Positions 1 through 9,104 of a stretch of 64,000 nt of DNA are shown here, piece by piece. The DNA is taken from NCBI GenBank assembly GCA_964229335.1, contig CAXRCZ010000004.1, positions 1 to 64,000 on the forward strand, read 5' to 3'. The notes beneath the pieces are model-generated. The model searched no databases. It was not told the DNA's origin and saw nothing but the letters and a program-made list of their open reading frames with translations. Within the stretch, counting starts at the first letter, position 1. Every line of letters begins with the position of its first letter. The translations under genes and the position numbers were made by a program. Origin of the DNA: Minisyncoccia bacterium (GTDB lineage Bacteria > Patescibacteriota > Minisyncoccia > Phycocordibacterales > UBA918).

Positions 1-10
1 GGTGCTAATC

Positions 11-1030
11 ATGTCACTCACCCTCGAGGAGAATGTAATACTCAAAGACTTACCTACTTTGAAGGTGGGTGGGCCGGCACGATATTTTGTGCGGGTGAAG
101 CCGGTGGATGTGTTGCGGGCGGCGTTGTCGTTTGCTCGCGAGCAAACACCAACGCCGCCCTTCATCCTCGGCGGCGGCTCAAATATATTAGTCCATGACG
201 ACGGGTACTCTGGCGTGGTAATCAAAAACGAAATAGACGGCAGTACGTACCAAGATGTCTACAATAATAATGTCACTGTCACTGTTGGTGCCGGAATGGA
301 ATTTGATAAGCTGGTTGCCGAGACAGTAGACAAAAACTTATGGGGTCTTGAAAATCTATCGGCTATTCCTGGCAGTGTCGGTGCCACCCCGGTCCAAAAT
401 GTCGGTGCCTATGGTGTCGAAGTAGGCAACTGTATTCTTTCTGTAGAAGCGCTGCACATGAGTACTGGAGAACATCGCACCATTCCTGCTTCGGAGTGTG
501 GTTTTAGGTATCGTGATTCGGTGTTCAAGACATCGGCCGGTCGCGATTGGATTATTACCCATGTTTCATTTCTACTCAGCACCGCGCCGCAACCAGTTTT
601 GTCGTACGCTGATTTAGCAGCTTTGCGCGATACCAATCCAACTCAAGTTGCTATTCGTGAGACAGTGATTGCGGTGCGCAGCAAAAAGTTTCCAGATTGG
701 ACCAAGGTAGGTACGGCTGGCTCGTTTTTCAAAAATCCTATTATCACTCGAGCGGAATATCAAAAAATAAAAGAACGACACACCGCTTTACCAATGTACG
801 AAGTTGATGACGGACACGTCAAGATACCACTAGGGTACGTCCTCGATAAGATTTGTCATCTCAAGGGCATTTGCTTTGGGTTAGTGTGTTTGTATGAAAA
901 CCAAGCCCTAGTCCTTATCGCTTTGCGTGGCGCGACTGCGAGCGATGTCGATGAAGCAGCTACAGCGATTGCTAAGCAGGTGTTTACCGAAACTGGTATT
1001 CGAATAGAAAGAGAGGTGAGTTTTGTATGA
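11..1030 (+). CDS. murB: UDP-N-acetylenolpyruvoylglucosamine reductase
   Basis: LGGGSNIL, GLENLSAIPGSVGATPVQNVGAYG, FRYRDSVFK, AGSFFKNP and C-terminal EREV motifs; ATG at 11 chosen as start. Confidence 0.93.
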   Translation: MSLTLEENVILKDLPTLKVGGPARYFVRVKPVDVLRAALSFAREQTPTPPFILGGGSNILVHDDGYSGVVIKNEIDGSTYQDVYNNNVTVTVGAGMEFDKLVAETVDKNLWGLENLSAIPGSVGATPVQNVGAYGVEVGNCILSVEALHMSTGEHRTIPASECGFRYRDSVFKTSAGRDWIITHVSFLLSTAPQPVLSYADLAALRDTNPTQVAIRETVIAVRSKKFPDWTKVGTAGSFFKNPIITRAEYQKIKERHTALPMYEVDDGHVKIPLGYVLDKICHLKGICFGLVCLYENQALVLIALRGATASDVDEAATAIAKQVFTETGIRIEREVSFV

Positions 1031-1076
1031 AAATATATTAAACAAATCACTCACTCAACACAAAAAGTTAAATAGG

Positions 1077-1116
1077 TAATTAAATATATAATTAATTATA
1101 TATTTAATTATCCACA
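1077..1116. repeat. 34-bp perfect AT-rich palindrome overlapping a DnaA-box-like TTATCCACA
   Basis: taattaaatatataatt|aattatatatttaatta (1077-1110); TTATCCACA at 1108-1116. Confidence 0.7.
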
Positions 1117-1262
1117 AAATTTTTTATAAAAAAATTGTTTTAATGTTTTTATCGCGTGATAATTACTATGAAGCAAACATCTTCTCACGGCTATGTTCTT
1201 TGACAAAGAGAAGGAGGTTGCGGTCGAAACTTATTCATTACTTTTTCTCACACAAACCATTC

Positions 1263-1508
1263 ATGCCAAAAGCAAAAAAAGCGGCTAAGCGAAAGACTAC
1301 TGCCAAGAAGTCTACCGCGAAGCGAAAACCTGCAAAGAAAGTTGTAAAGAAAACAACCAAGCGCAAACCAGCTAAGAAGTCTACTGCCAAGAAGACAACG
1401 AAGCGAAAAGCAGCTAAAAAAGTTGCTAAGCGCAAACCAGCTAAAAAAGCGGCCAAGAAGAAGACTGCAAAAAAAGCAACTAAGAAGCGTACAACTCGCA
1501 AAAAGTAG
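1263..1508 (+). CDS. Histone H1-like Lys/Ala-rich DNA-binding protein
   Basis: 81 aa made almost entirely of KRKPAKK/KKTTK/AAKK repeats; followed by a terminator. Confidence 0.8.
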   Translation: MPKAKKAAKRKTTAKKSTAKRKPAKKVVKKTTKRKPAKKSTAKKTTKRKAAKKVAKRKPAKKAAKKKTAKKATKKRTTRKK

Positions 1509-1535
1509 TTCTACCGTATATCCTACGATAGACAC

Positions 1536-1566
1536 GCAAAATCGCCTGAAAAGGCGATTTTGCTTT
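1536..1566 (+). terminator. Intrinsic terminator
   Basis: gcaaaatcgcct-gaaa-aggcgattttgc followed by T residues. Confidence 0.75.
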
Positions 1567-1599
1567 ATATTTTGGGTCAAACCAGCTATACTGGCGACT

Positions 1600-4122
1600 A
1601 TGTCATTTTTGGATAAATTCTTTGGTCCTACCTACGAAAAGGAGCTCAAACAAATAAAACCTCTTATCAATACAATTAACGAATTGGAAGCTAGTTTAGA
1701 GGGTCTTTCTGACGCTGAAGTCACTGAACGTTTTCAAGCCATCAAAGCTGAATATGCTGAAAAAGGCAGTCTTGACGAGGCTATTCCCGAAGTGTTTGCA
1801 CTCGTGCGCGAAGCCGCCAAGCGCACTATGTCAATGCGCCACTACGATGTACAGCTCATCGGAGGAGTATTGCTTCACCGCGGCAAAATAACCGAAATGC
1901 GAACTGGTGAAGGGAAGACACTAGTAGCTACACTACCAGCGTCTTTAAATGCTCTCAAAGGTGAAGGAGTACATATCGTCACCGTCAATGATTACTTGGC
2001 TCGACGTGACGCGGTCTGGATGGGGCAGGTGTACGCCGCACTTGGTCTCCGTGTTGGAGTCATCAACCAGGGTGGTTCGTATCTATATGACCCTGGACAT
2101 GTCGAGGCTGACGAAGAGCGAGACGAACATGGGTCGTTCAAGGTTGTCTATGAATTCTTGCGACCTTGTACTCGTACAGAGGCCTACGAAGCTGATATCA
2201 CGTATGGTACCAACAGTGAGTTTGGGTTTGATTATTTGCGAGACAACATCGAATATGACAAAGACAAGTTACGGCAAAAAAATCACAGCTACGCGATTGT
2301 CGACGAGATTGACTCAATCTTAATCGACGAGGCGCGGACGCCGCTCATTATCTCGGCACCAGCCAAAGATACCGAAAATCTCTATCCCAAATTCGCCGCT
2401 ATTGCAGCCGCTCTCTCACCCGAAGAGCATTTCACGACTGATGAAAAGCAACGTAGTGTTTCCCTGACTGATGCCGGTATTGAAGTAGCAGAAAATAAAT
2501 TAGGCATTGATAATATCTATACCCAAAAAGGTATCCGGTATGTGCACCTCTTGGAGATGGCGGTCAAAGCTAAGGCGCTGTATACCAAAAACAAAGAGTA
2601 CGTGGTACGTGATGGACAAGTGGTAATAGTCGACGAGTTTACAGGACGACTCCAACCAGGTCGCCGGTGGTCAGACGGGCTTCATCAAGCTATCGAAGCC
2701 AAGGAAGGAGTGGCTATTCAACGTGAATCAAAGACCTTCGCCTCGATTACCTATCAGAACTATTTCCGACTCTACAAAAAGCTATCTGGTATGACTGGTA
2801 CTGCTCTTACTTCGCAAGAGGAGTTTTTCACCGTATATGACTTAGAGGTTATCCCGGTGCCAACCAATCGTCCAATCGCTCGCGTCGATCACACTGACTA
2901 CATTTTCCAAAACGAAGCCGGCAAATTCAAAGCTATCATCAAAAAAGTAAAAGAGATTCATGAGTCAGGTCAACCATTACTTATCGGTACCGCCTCCATC
3001 GAATCCAACGAACGCTTGGCAGAAGCGCTGAGTAAAGCCGGTATCAAACACCAGATGTTGAACGCCAAAAACCACGAAAGTGAAGGGGAGATTATCGCCG
3101 AAGCCGGTAAGGTGGGGGCAGTTACTTTAGCTACCAACATGGCCGGTCGTGGTGTTGACATCAAGCTTGGTGGTCCAGACGCTACTCCAGAAGAAGTAGA
3201 GAAAGTAAAAGAGATGGGAGGCCTCTTTGTGCTCGGAACCGAACGGCACGAAGCGCGCCGGATTGATAATCAGTTACGCGGTCGTTCGGGACGTCAAGGT
3301 GATCCAGGAGAGACGCAGTTCTACGTATCTATGGACGACACATTAATGCGCGTCTTTGGTGGCGATCGCGTGAAGTCATTAATGGGAACGTTCAAAATCC
3401 CAGAAGATGAACCTATTCAAATGGGTATGATATCCCGGACACTAGAGAGTGCTCAGACCAAAATTGAAGGCTTCCACTTCGATTCACGAAAGCAGATTTT
3501 GGCCTATGATGATGTGCTAAACAAACAACGCCAGGCTATATATGACCGACGACGACGGTTGTTGCTAGGGGAAGAGGCCGAAATTGCAGCTATCAAAAAA
3601 GAGCTAACCTTAGCTTATCCGGAACTAGAATCTGAAATAGCCAAGAAAGAAACTGAGTTTGGTGCCGAAGTATTCAACGACCTCTTCCGACGACTAGCGT
3701 TACAAATGATAGACATGCTCTGGGTAGAACACCTCGAAGTAATGGGCTACACCCGCTCTAGTGTAGGGCTGCGAGCGTATGGACAACGTGACCCATTAAT
3801 CGAATATCGCAAAGAAGGCACCAGATTGTTTGGTGAAATGCAGGTAGCGACTCTCGAACGCATCGCGACTCTACTCCCGAAGATTCAACCCAAGACAGTT
3901 GCCGAAGAAGAATCAATTAGAAAAGCCGAGTCAGAGAAGGCGCAATCCTCAGCTGGCCAAAGTGCTCAGTCAAACAAGAACACTCCCGTGGTAAAAAGCG
4001 AGACAGAAAACATCGGTCGCAATGAAATGGTAACCATCACTAATGGTACAGATACCCAAGAGCTTAAATACAAAAAAGCCGAACCACTTCTCGAAGAAGG
4101 GTGGTCACTAGTAAAGAAATAA
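1600..4122 (+). CDS. secA: Preprotein translocase ATPase SecA
   Basis: EMRTGEGKTL, VTVNDYLA, IVDEIDSILIDEARTPLIIS, TNMAGRGVDI, RRIDNQLRGRSGRQGDPG; start at ATG 1600. Confidence 0.97.
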   Translation: MSFLDKFFGPTYEKELKQIKPLINTINELEASLEGLSDAEVTERFQAIKAEYAEKGSLDEAIPEVFALVREAAKRTMSMRHYDVQLIGGVLLHRGKITEMRTGEGKTLVATLPASLNALKGEGVHIVTVNDYLARRDAVWMGQVYAALGLRVGVINQGGSYLYDPGHVEADEERDEHGSFKVVYEFLRPCTRTEAYEADITYGTNSEFGFDYLRDNIEYDKDKLRQKNHSYAIVDEIDSILIDEARTPLIISAPAKDTENLYPKFAAIAAALSPEEHFTTDEKQRSVSLTDAGIEVAENKLGIDNIYTQKGIRYVHLLEMAVKAKALYTKNKEYVVRDGQVVIVDEFTGRLQPGRRWSDGLHQAIEAKEGVAIQRESKTFASITYQNYFRLYKKLSGMTGTALTSQEEFFTVYDLEVIPVPTNRPIARVDHTDYIFQNEAGKFKAIIKKVKEIHESGQPLLIGTASIESNERLAEALSKAGIKHQMLNAKNHESEGEIIAEAGKVGAVTLATNMAGRGVDIKLGGPDATPEEVEKVKEMGGLFVLGTERHEARRIDNQLRGRSGRQGDPGETQFYVSMDDTLMRVFGGDRVKSLMGTFKIPEDEPIQMGMISRTLESAQTKIEGFHFDSRKQILAYDDVLNKQRQAIYDRRRRLLLGEEAEIAAIKKELTLAYPELESEIAKKETEFGAEVFNDLFRRLALQMIDMLWVEHLEVMGYTRSSVGLRAYGQRDPLIEYRKEGTRLFGEMQVATLERIATLLPKIQPKTVAEEESIRKAESEKAQSSAGQSAQSNKNTPVVKSETENIGRNEMVTITNGTDTQELKYKKAEPLLEEGWSLVKK

Positions 4123-4130
4123 TCTTGTCA

Positions 4131-4168
4131 TAAAAAGTCACCGGAGCCTAGGTCTCCGGTGATTTTTA
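4131..4168 (+). terminator. Intrinsic terminator after secA
   Basis: aaaaagtcaccggag...ctccggtgattttt hairpin. Confidence 0.75.
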
Positions 4169-4228
4169 TATATGCACGTCCAGAAATTGATTTGTACAGA
4201 GCAGCTAGTCCTTGTACAATTAAGGTCT

Positions 4229-4564
4229 ATGGAATTAATTGTACGAATACTTTGGAACGCACTTGGTTTATTGGCAATCGCTATGCTGCTGCCAGGAATT
4301 GTCATTGATAGTTTCTATAGCGCTATCATCGCCGCTATCGTGCTTGGTTTACTCAATGCCTTCATTCGTCCGATTTTGTTTATTCTTACTTTACCAATCA
4401 CCATCCTGACACTGGGTCTATTTGCGTTAGTGCTGAACGCCGCACTCTTTTTGTTTGCCGCCTCGTTTATCGATGGCTTCTTTGTGAGTAATTTCTGGTA
4501 CGCCATTATCGGCTCAATTCTTGTTAGCCTAGTTAGTACTGCCGGGAACAAGCTGATTGACTAA
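4229..4564 (+). CDS. YvlD-like 4-TM membrane protein (phage holin superfamily IV)
   Basis: LGLLNAFIRPILFILTLPITILTLGLFALVLNA signature; four hydrophobic helices. Confidence 0.85.
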   Translation: MELIVRILWNALGLLAIAMLLPGIVIDSFYSAIIAAIVLGLLNAFIRPILFILTLPITILTLGLFALVLNAALFLFAASFIDGFFVSNFWYAIIGSILVSLVSTAGNKLID

Positions 4565-4594
4565 ATTCCAACCAGTCATGGGTTTTTACAAAAT

Positions 4595-4672
4595 TTCCTA
4601 CCGGTAATAACTTGAAACATTCGCAGCGAAACTGCGTTGAGTGAGGACGTTGAGAGTTATTGCTGTTAGGAA
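4595..4672 (-). repeat. Dispersed intergenic hairpin, family A copy 1
   Basis: Reverse complement of core CTCAACGTCCTCRCT..TCGCTGCGAATGT inside arms ttcctaccggtaataact/agttattgctgttaggaa. Confidence 0.8.
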
Positions 4673-4756
4673 GGTCGGTAATGCAAGGATGAACAGATAG
4701 AAAAGCGTCCATGCATTTCGTTGCAAATACCAGATTTCTACGGTACTGTGCCGAGT

Positions 4757-5734
4757 ATGTTTGTAGATGAATTAACAATAGAAGCCAAGGCTGGTAACGG
4801 TGGAGACGGGGTAGTACGGTGGCGACATGAGAAATTTCGCCCTCTAGCAGGCCCTTCTGGCGGTGACGGAGGCAAAGGCGGTGATGTGTATGTAAAGGGT
4901 GTAAAAGACCTCAATCAACTGGCCAAATACACCGGTGCCAAGCGTTTTGATGCCGAAAACGGTGCCCATGGACAAAAGAATAGCCTCGACGGTAAGCGAG
5001 GTGCTGATTTATACATTGACGTCCCGGTTGGTTCAACGGTCACGGATATCAACCGGCGTCGTCAGGTAGAGATTTCTGAGGAAGGTCAGATAGTCAAGAT
5101 TCTTTCGGGCGGTAATGGTGGCTATGGCAACGAACACTTCAAGTCTTCGACTAATCAAGCTCCCGAAGAAGCCACTCCTGGTCAACGTGGCGAGGAGGGA
5201 ACTTTTCTAATAGAAGTGTCACTGGTAGTAGACGTCGGGCTGGTTGGGTTACCGAACGCTGGTAAGTCGACCCTACTCAATCTCATCACGAACGCCCGCT
5301 CACGAATCGGAGCGTATCCGTTCACGACACTTGAACCTCATCTTGGTAGTCTCTATGGCTACATCATTGCCGACATCCCAGGGCTAATTGCTGGTGCTGC
5401 TAGTGGTAAAGGTCTCGGTCACAAGTTCTTACGACACGTGTCTCGTACTAAAATGCTTTTACACCTCGTATCGCTCGAGGAAGGGGAGGTAAAAAATTCA
5501 TACCAGACCATTTTTAATGAACTAAATCAGTACCACAAATCACTTACTGATAAAGAATCTTGGATTGTTTTAACTAAAAAAGACCTTGTAAAACAAGAAG
5601 ATATTGACAAAGCTTGCAAAGCACTTGAAAAATTTGAGAAACGTGTGTTTGTAATCAGTGAAAATGATCCTGATTCAGTGAAAAAACTCCAAGATACACT
5701 TGTCGCACACCTCCGAGATACGTACAATGGGTGA
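4757..5734 (+). CDS. obg: Obg family GTPase, lacking the C-terminal extension
   Basis: MFVDE...GNGGDG, GGDGGKGG, VGLVGLPNAGKSTL, YPFTTLEP, ADIPGLI, TKKD. Confidence 0.96.
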   Translation: MFVDELTIEAKAGNGGDGVVRWRHEKFRPLAGPSGGDGGKGGDVYVKGVKDLNQLAKYTGAKRFDAENGAHGQKNSLDGKRGADLYIDVPVGSTVTDINRRRQVEISEEGQIVKILSGGNGGYGNEHFKSSTNQAPEEATPGQRGEEGTFLIEVSLVVDVGLVGLPNAGKSTLLNLITNARSRIGAYPFTTLEPHLGSLYGYIIADIPGLIAGAASGKGLGHKFLRHVSRTKMLLHLVSLEEGEVKNSYQTIFNELNQYHKSLTDKESWIVLTKKDLVKQEDIDKACKALEKFEKRVFVISENDPDSVKKLQDTLVAHLRDTYNG

Positions 5735-5741
5735 ACATTTT

Positions 5742-7154
5742 ATGAAGTACACTCCCACTATCGGTCTCGAAGTACACGCCGAACTAAAAACTAAAAGCAA
5801 AATGTTCTGCGGTTGCCAGAACGACCCCCACCACAGCGAACCAAATATTTTTATCTGCCCAATTTGTACTGCGCAACCAGGCACCCTTCCGGTACCAAAC
5901 GTCACCGCCATCGAACATGTATTACTTTTTGGTCGAGCAGTCGATGCGACTCCAGCAGAATTTTCTGAGTTCGATAGAAAAAATTATTTCTATCCTGACA
6001 TTCCGAAAGCCTACCAAATCAGTCAGTATAAATTTCCATTCCTCACTGGTGGTGAACTGAATGGAATCAGGTTGACCAGAGTCCACCTTGAAGAAGACAC
6101 TGCCAGAAGTTCACACGAACACAGTGAGGGAAGTTTGGTGAACTTCAACCGAGCCGGCGTGCCACTGATGGAGTTGGTCACCGAACCTGACATTCACGAT
6201 GCGGTCACTGCCGGCAGCTTTGCGCGCGAACTCCAACTACTTTTGCGCAGTCTGGGAATCTCGGATGCCAACATGGAAAAAGGGGAGATGCGAGTCGAAG
6301 CCAATATCTCTATCAGTGCTGATGATGAGCTGGGTACAAAAGTAGAGGTAAAAAATCTAAATTCCTTTAAATCAGTCGAAAAAGCGATAGAATTCGAGGT
6401 CAAAAGGCAGGCTGAAATGCTCGAAAAAGGGCTTAAAATAAGCCTAGAAACGCGTGGTTGGGACGAGAACAAGGGGCAAACATTCGCCCAAAGAAGCAAA
6501 GAAACGGCTAAAGACTACCGATATTTCCCAGATCCTGACCTGCCAAAGATGCAAGTACAAGAAGCATTTAATAAATCTTGGCTAGACCAGAAAATACCTA
6601 TAATACCTAGTAAAAAGCGTGAATTATACCAGAATCTCGGCTTACCGAGAGACTTAATTGAAGTATTAATTAGTGACTTAGAACTAGACATATTCTGGTC
6701 TAGACTAGTGCAAAAGTTTACTGACTCTGCGTCAGGTACATATCGTTTAGCAGCCAATTACCTGACTTCAGATGTAGCCGCGTTGCGTGGAAGTCAGTCT
6801 ATCGCGATAAATGAATCCATAGATGTAGACCATTATGCTGAGCTGATTGAAATGCTGGCTGCGGGAGATATTAGTTCTCGAGTCGCAAAGGATCTCATCC
6901 TAGAGCTACCTGGCTCTGAAACGTCACCTCGTACTATTGCTCAAGAAAAGGGTCTATTACAGCAATCTGACGAGACAGCCCTGCAAGCCATCGTAGAGCA
7001 AGTAGTGCGTGATAATGAGTCAGTGGCAGATGAATATAGGGGTGGTAAAGACTCAGCTCTCAACTTCCTCCTTGGACAGGCGATGCAGGCTTCAAAAGGG
7101 TCTGGTAATCCGGCCATGTTCCGGACTCTGCTAGAGAAGTATCTCCGCAATTAA
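5742..7154 (+). CDS. gatB: Asp/Glu-tRNA amidotransferase subunit B
   Basis: IGLEVHAEL, FDRKNYFYPD, HLEEDTA, NRAGVPLMELVTEPD, DYRYFPDPDLP; alternative start 5727. Confidence 0.96.
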   Translation: MKYTPTIGLEVHAELKTKSKMFCGCQNDPHHSEPNIFICPICTAQPGTLPVPNVTAIEHVLLFGRAVDATPAEFSEFDRKNYFYPDIPKAYQISQYKFPFLTGGELNGIRLTRVHLEEDTARSSHEHSEGSLVNFNRAGVPLMELVTEPDIHDAVTAGSFARELQLLLRSLGISDANMEKGEMRVEANISISADDELGTKVEVKNLNSFKSVEKAIEFEVKRQAEMLEKGLKISLETRGWDENKGQTFAQRSKETAKDYRYFPDPDLPKMQVQEAFNKSWLDQKIPIIPSKKRELYQNLGLPRDLIEVLISDLELDIFWSRLVQKFTDSASGTYRLAANYLTSDVAALRGSQSIAINESIDVDHYAELIEMLAAGDISSRVAKDLILELPGSETSPRTIAQEKGLLQQSDETALQAIVEQVVRDNESVADEYRGGKDSALNFLLGQAMQASKGSGNPAMFRTLLEKYLRN

Positions 7155-7346
7155 TCGCTTATACACGTTCTATTTCGATACCTGCTTTTACGCTATTTTA
7201 GCGCGTGTTTTTTCGGTCGCCCAGTGGTATCATCTCGCCTCATTAAAAACTCGTTCGGTCGAGAAATCCCCACGATATACACAGAAAAAGGTTAAAAACT
7301 AGCTTTTCTCGCTATAGCCAGAATATTAATCTGGTATACTAGAAGC

Positions 7347-8315
7347 ATGGACACGGTGACTGTACAAGGAGAGAAGTACACCAAGACGGCGGTACTGGCT
7401 AAGGAGTTTGGCTACACCACCGATTACCTGGGACAACTCTGTCGGGAGGAAAAAGTCGACGCCGAACTGGTCGGTCGTGCTTGGTATATAAAGCGTGATT
7501 CGTTGCTTGAATATAGAGACTCTCGCTACCAAAACAGCAGTATTGGCTACGCTAGTACAGAGCAATCTCATAGTAAGAAAAGCGTACCAATAGAGCCGCA
7601 GATTGATCACAAGACTCTCCGAATAATCAATAATATTAGTGAAAAACAAGCTTCAAATCTACCGCCGAAATACGAAACAGATGACCAGTCTTTGTTGCCG
7701 GAAGTACGGAAAGAGGTGGTAGGAAGTTCCAAGGCCGGCGAACCAGATTTATCAGAGCGGGTCGACGAAACCCACGAATCAGCTGAGGTTACCATCCGAA
7801 TTACCACTCCAGAAGCACCAGAGCGAGCTAAAAAGGGGTCTCTCGGAGCGATTACTATTAAATCTGACGAAGATACAGAGGGGGTCCCGCTAAGCGTGCT
7901 TATCAAAGAAAAGAGACCGTCTAGTCCCAGGGTTCGTCAGTCAGACATCAATTCCTCAGAATACGTTGAAAAACATAGCCATACCGAACAACAGAAGCAA
8001 ATTATTGTCGCAAAGGAGGTAGAAAACGATGCTGTAGAGCCACTTTCTTTCACCCCTAAAACCGTCACCAAACAGCCCAAAAAACGCCCTACAAATAGGA
8101 AATCAAGGCCTCTCAAACGAGAAAGGGCTGCAGGAACTTCTAAATCACCAGTTGTTCTTCCATTAGCTTTGGTTTCTATAGCTTTTTTGCTCAGTGCAGC
8201 GCTGTTGAGTACCGAAAATATCATCACCACTTTTGGGTCTAATGACCGATCAGTTTTTGAGCTGCAACCAGCCTCTTTGATTGAGGTGTACGAGCGAGTT
8301 GTCGAGCAGTTTTAG
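7347..8315 (+). CDS. Excisionase-like HTH protein with disordered linker and C-terminal TM helix
   Basis: N-term LAKEFGYTTDYLGQLCREEKVDAELVGRAWYI; TM VVLPLALVSIAFLLSAALL. Confidence 0.75.
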   Translation: MDTVTVQGEKYTKTAVLAKEFGYTTDYLGQLCREEKVDAELVGRAWYIKRDSLLEYRDSRYQNSSIGYASTEQSHSKKSVPIEPQIDHKTLRIINNISEKQASNLPPKYETDDQSLLPEVRKEVVGSSKAGEPDLSERVDETHESAEVTIRITTPEAPERAKKGSLGAITIKSDEDTEGVPLSVLIKEKRPSSPRVRQSDINSSEYVEKHSHTEQQKQIIVAKEVENDAVEPLSFTPKTVTKQPKKRPTNRKSRPLKRERAAGTSKSPVVLPLALVSIAFLLSAALLSTENIITTFGSNDRSVFELQPASLIEVYERVVEQF

Positions 8316-8384
8316 CTCGTTCGCTTGTCCCCAGTGCTAGCCGTTTTTTAGGCGTTTTGACTATATAATTTAAGGGTACAACGT

Positions 8385-9104
8385 ATGAGCCGTACCCTGA
8401 TCATTGACCACAAAAAAATGCACAGCGTGAAGTCCGCCGCCGGAGTGGCGGGTTATTCGCGTGACCACATCACTAAGCTCGCCCGAGACGGAAAAATTAT
8501 CGGGACGCAAGTCGGGCGAAACTGGTACGTAGATCTCGACTCACTCAAAAGCTACGCCGCCATCGCGAACCTCGAACTAGAGGTAAAAAAGAAACACACC
8601 AGCGAGGTCAGAAAAGCGACTAAAGAATTACGTGAGCAGTTAGACGGAGCTGCTGCCTTGCGCAGCACAGAATCGGCCCGGCTTCCTAAGCGAACCCAAG
8701 CGGCAGTTGTTGCGCTCGGCTTTGTGTGCCTTGTGTCAGCAGCTGGTGCAAGTGAGTTGTTGGTGCCGTACATGAAACAAGCTCCAGCCGCAGCTGTGCA
8801 ATCAGACGCTAACCCTGCTCCTGTTACCACCACTCACCGCGCGCCAAGCTTGGTCAATACGACCTTTGCGAGTGATGCGGCTGAAGTATCACCACTGGTT
8901 AATCCAGATGGAGCGATTGTGTTATTGCCGCTGCGAGACGCTGACGGCACTGTCTCGAGTTCGACAGTGTTTTCCGATGAGGTAGTGATTGAAGAGGGCG
9001 CCAAAGGAGAAAGACGTGTGGTACCAATCGACGAGGCTGGCAATCAGCTGAGTGAGGGCGTGCCGTTCTCGGTGTTATCAGTTGAAGAAATACCAGTACC
9101 ATGA
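8385..9104 (+). CDS. Excisionase-like HTH protein with central TM helix
   Basis: AAGVAGYSRDHITKLARDGKIIGTQVGRNWYV; TM AAVVALGFVCLVSAAGA; stop overlaps next start (ATGA). Confidence 0.75.
   Translation: MSRTLIIDHKKMHSVKSAAGVAGYSRDHITKLARDGKIIGTQVGRNWYVDLDSLKSYAAIANLELEVKKKHTSEVRKATKELREQLDGAAALRSTESARLPKRTQAAVVALGFVCLVSAAGASELLVPYMKQAPAAAVQSDANPAPVTTTHRAPSLVNTTFASDAAEVSPLVNPDGAIVLLPLRDADGTVSSSTVFSDEVVIEEGAKGERRVVPIDEAGNQLSEGVPFSVLSVEEIPVP

Noticed and set aside
1077-1140. Replication origin
   Set aside because: Only one clear DnaA box, no dnaA/dnaN nearby, and skew cannot be assessed here.
1238-1580. Antisense hydrophobic ORFs over the H1-like gene (likewise those opposite rpsB, rpsP and smc)
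   Set aside because: Shadow frames of low-complexity or conserved genes on the other strand.
4229-4564. Phage lysis holin
   Set aside because: The YvlD-like family is commonly chromosomal; no endolysin or phage context.
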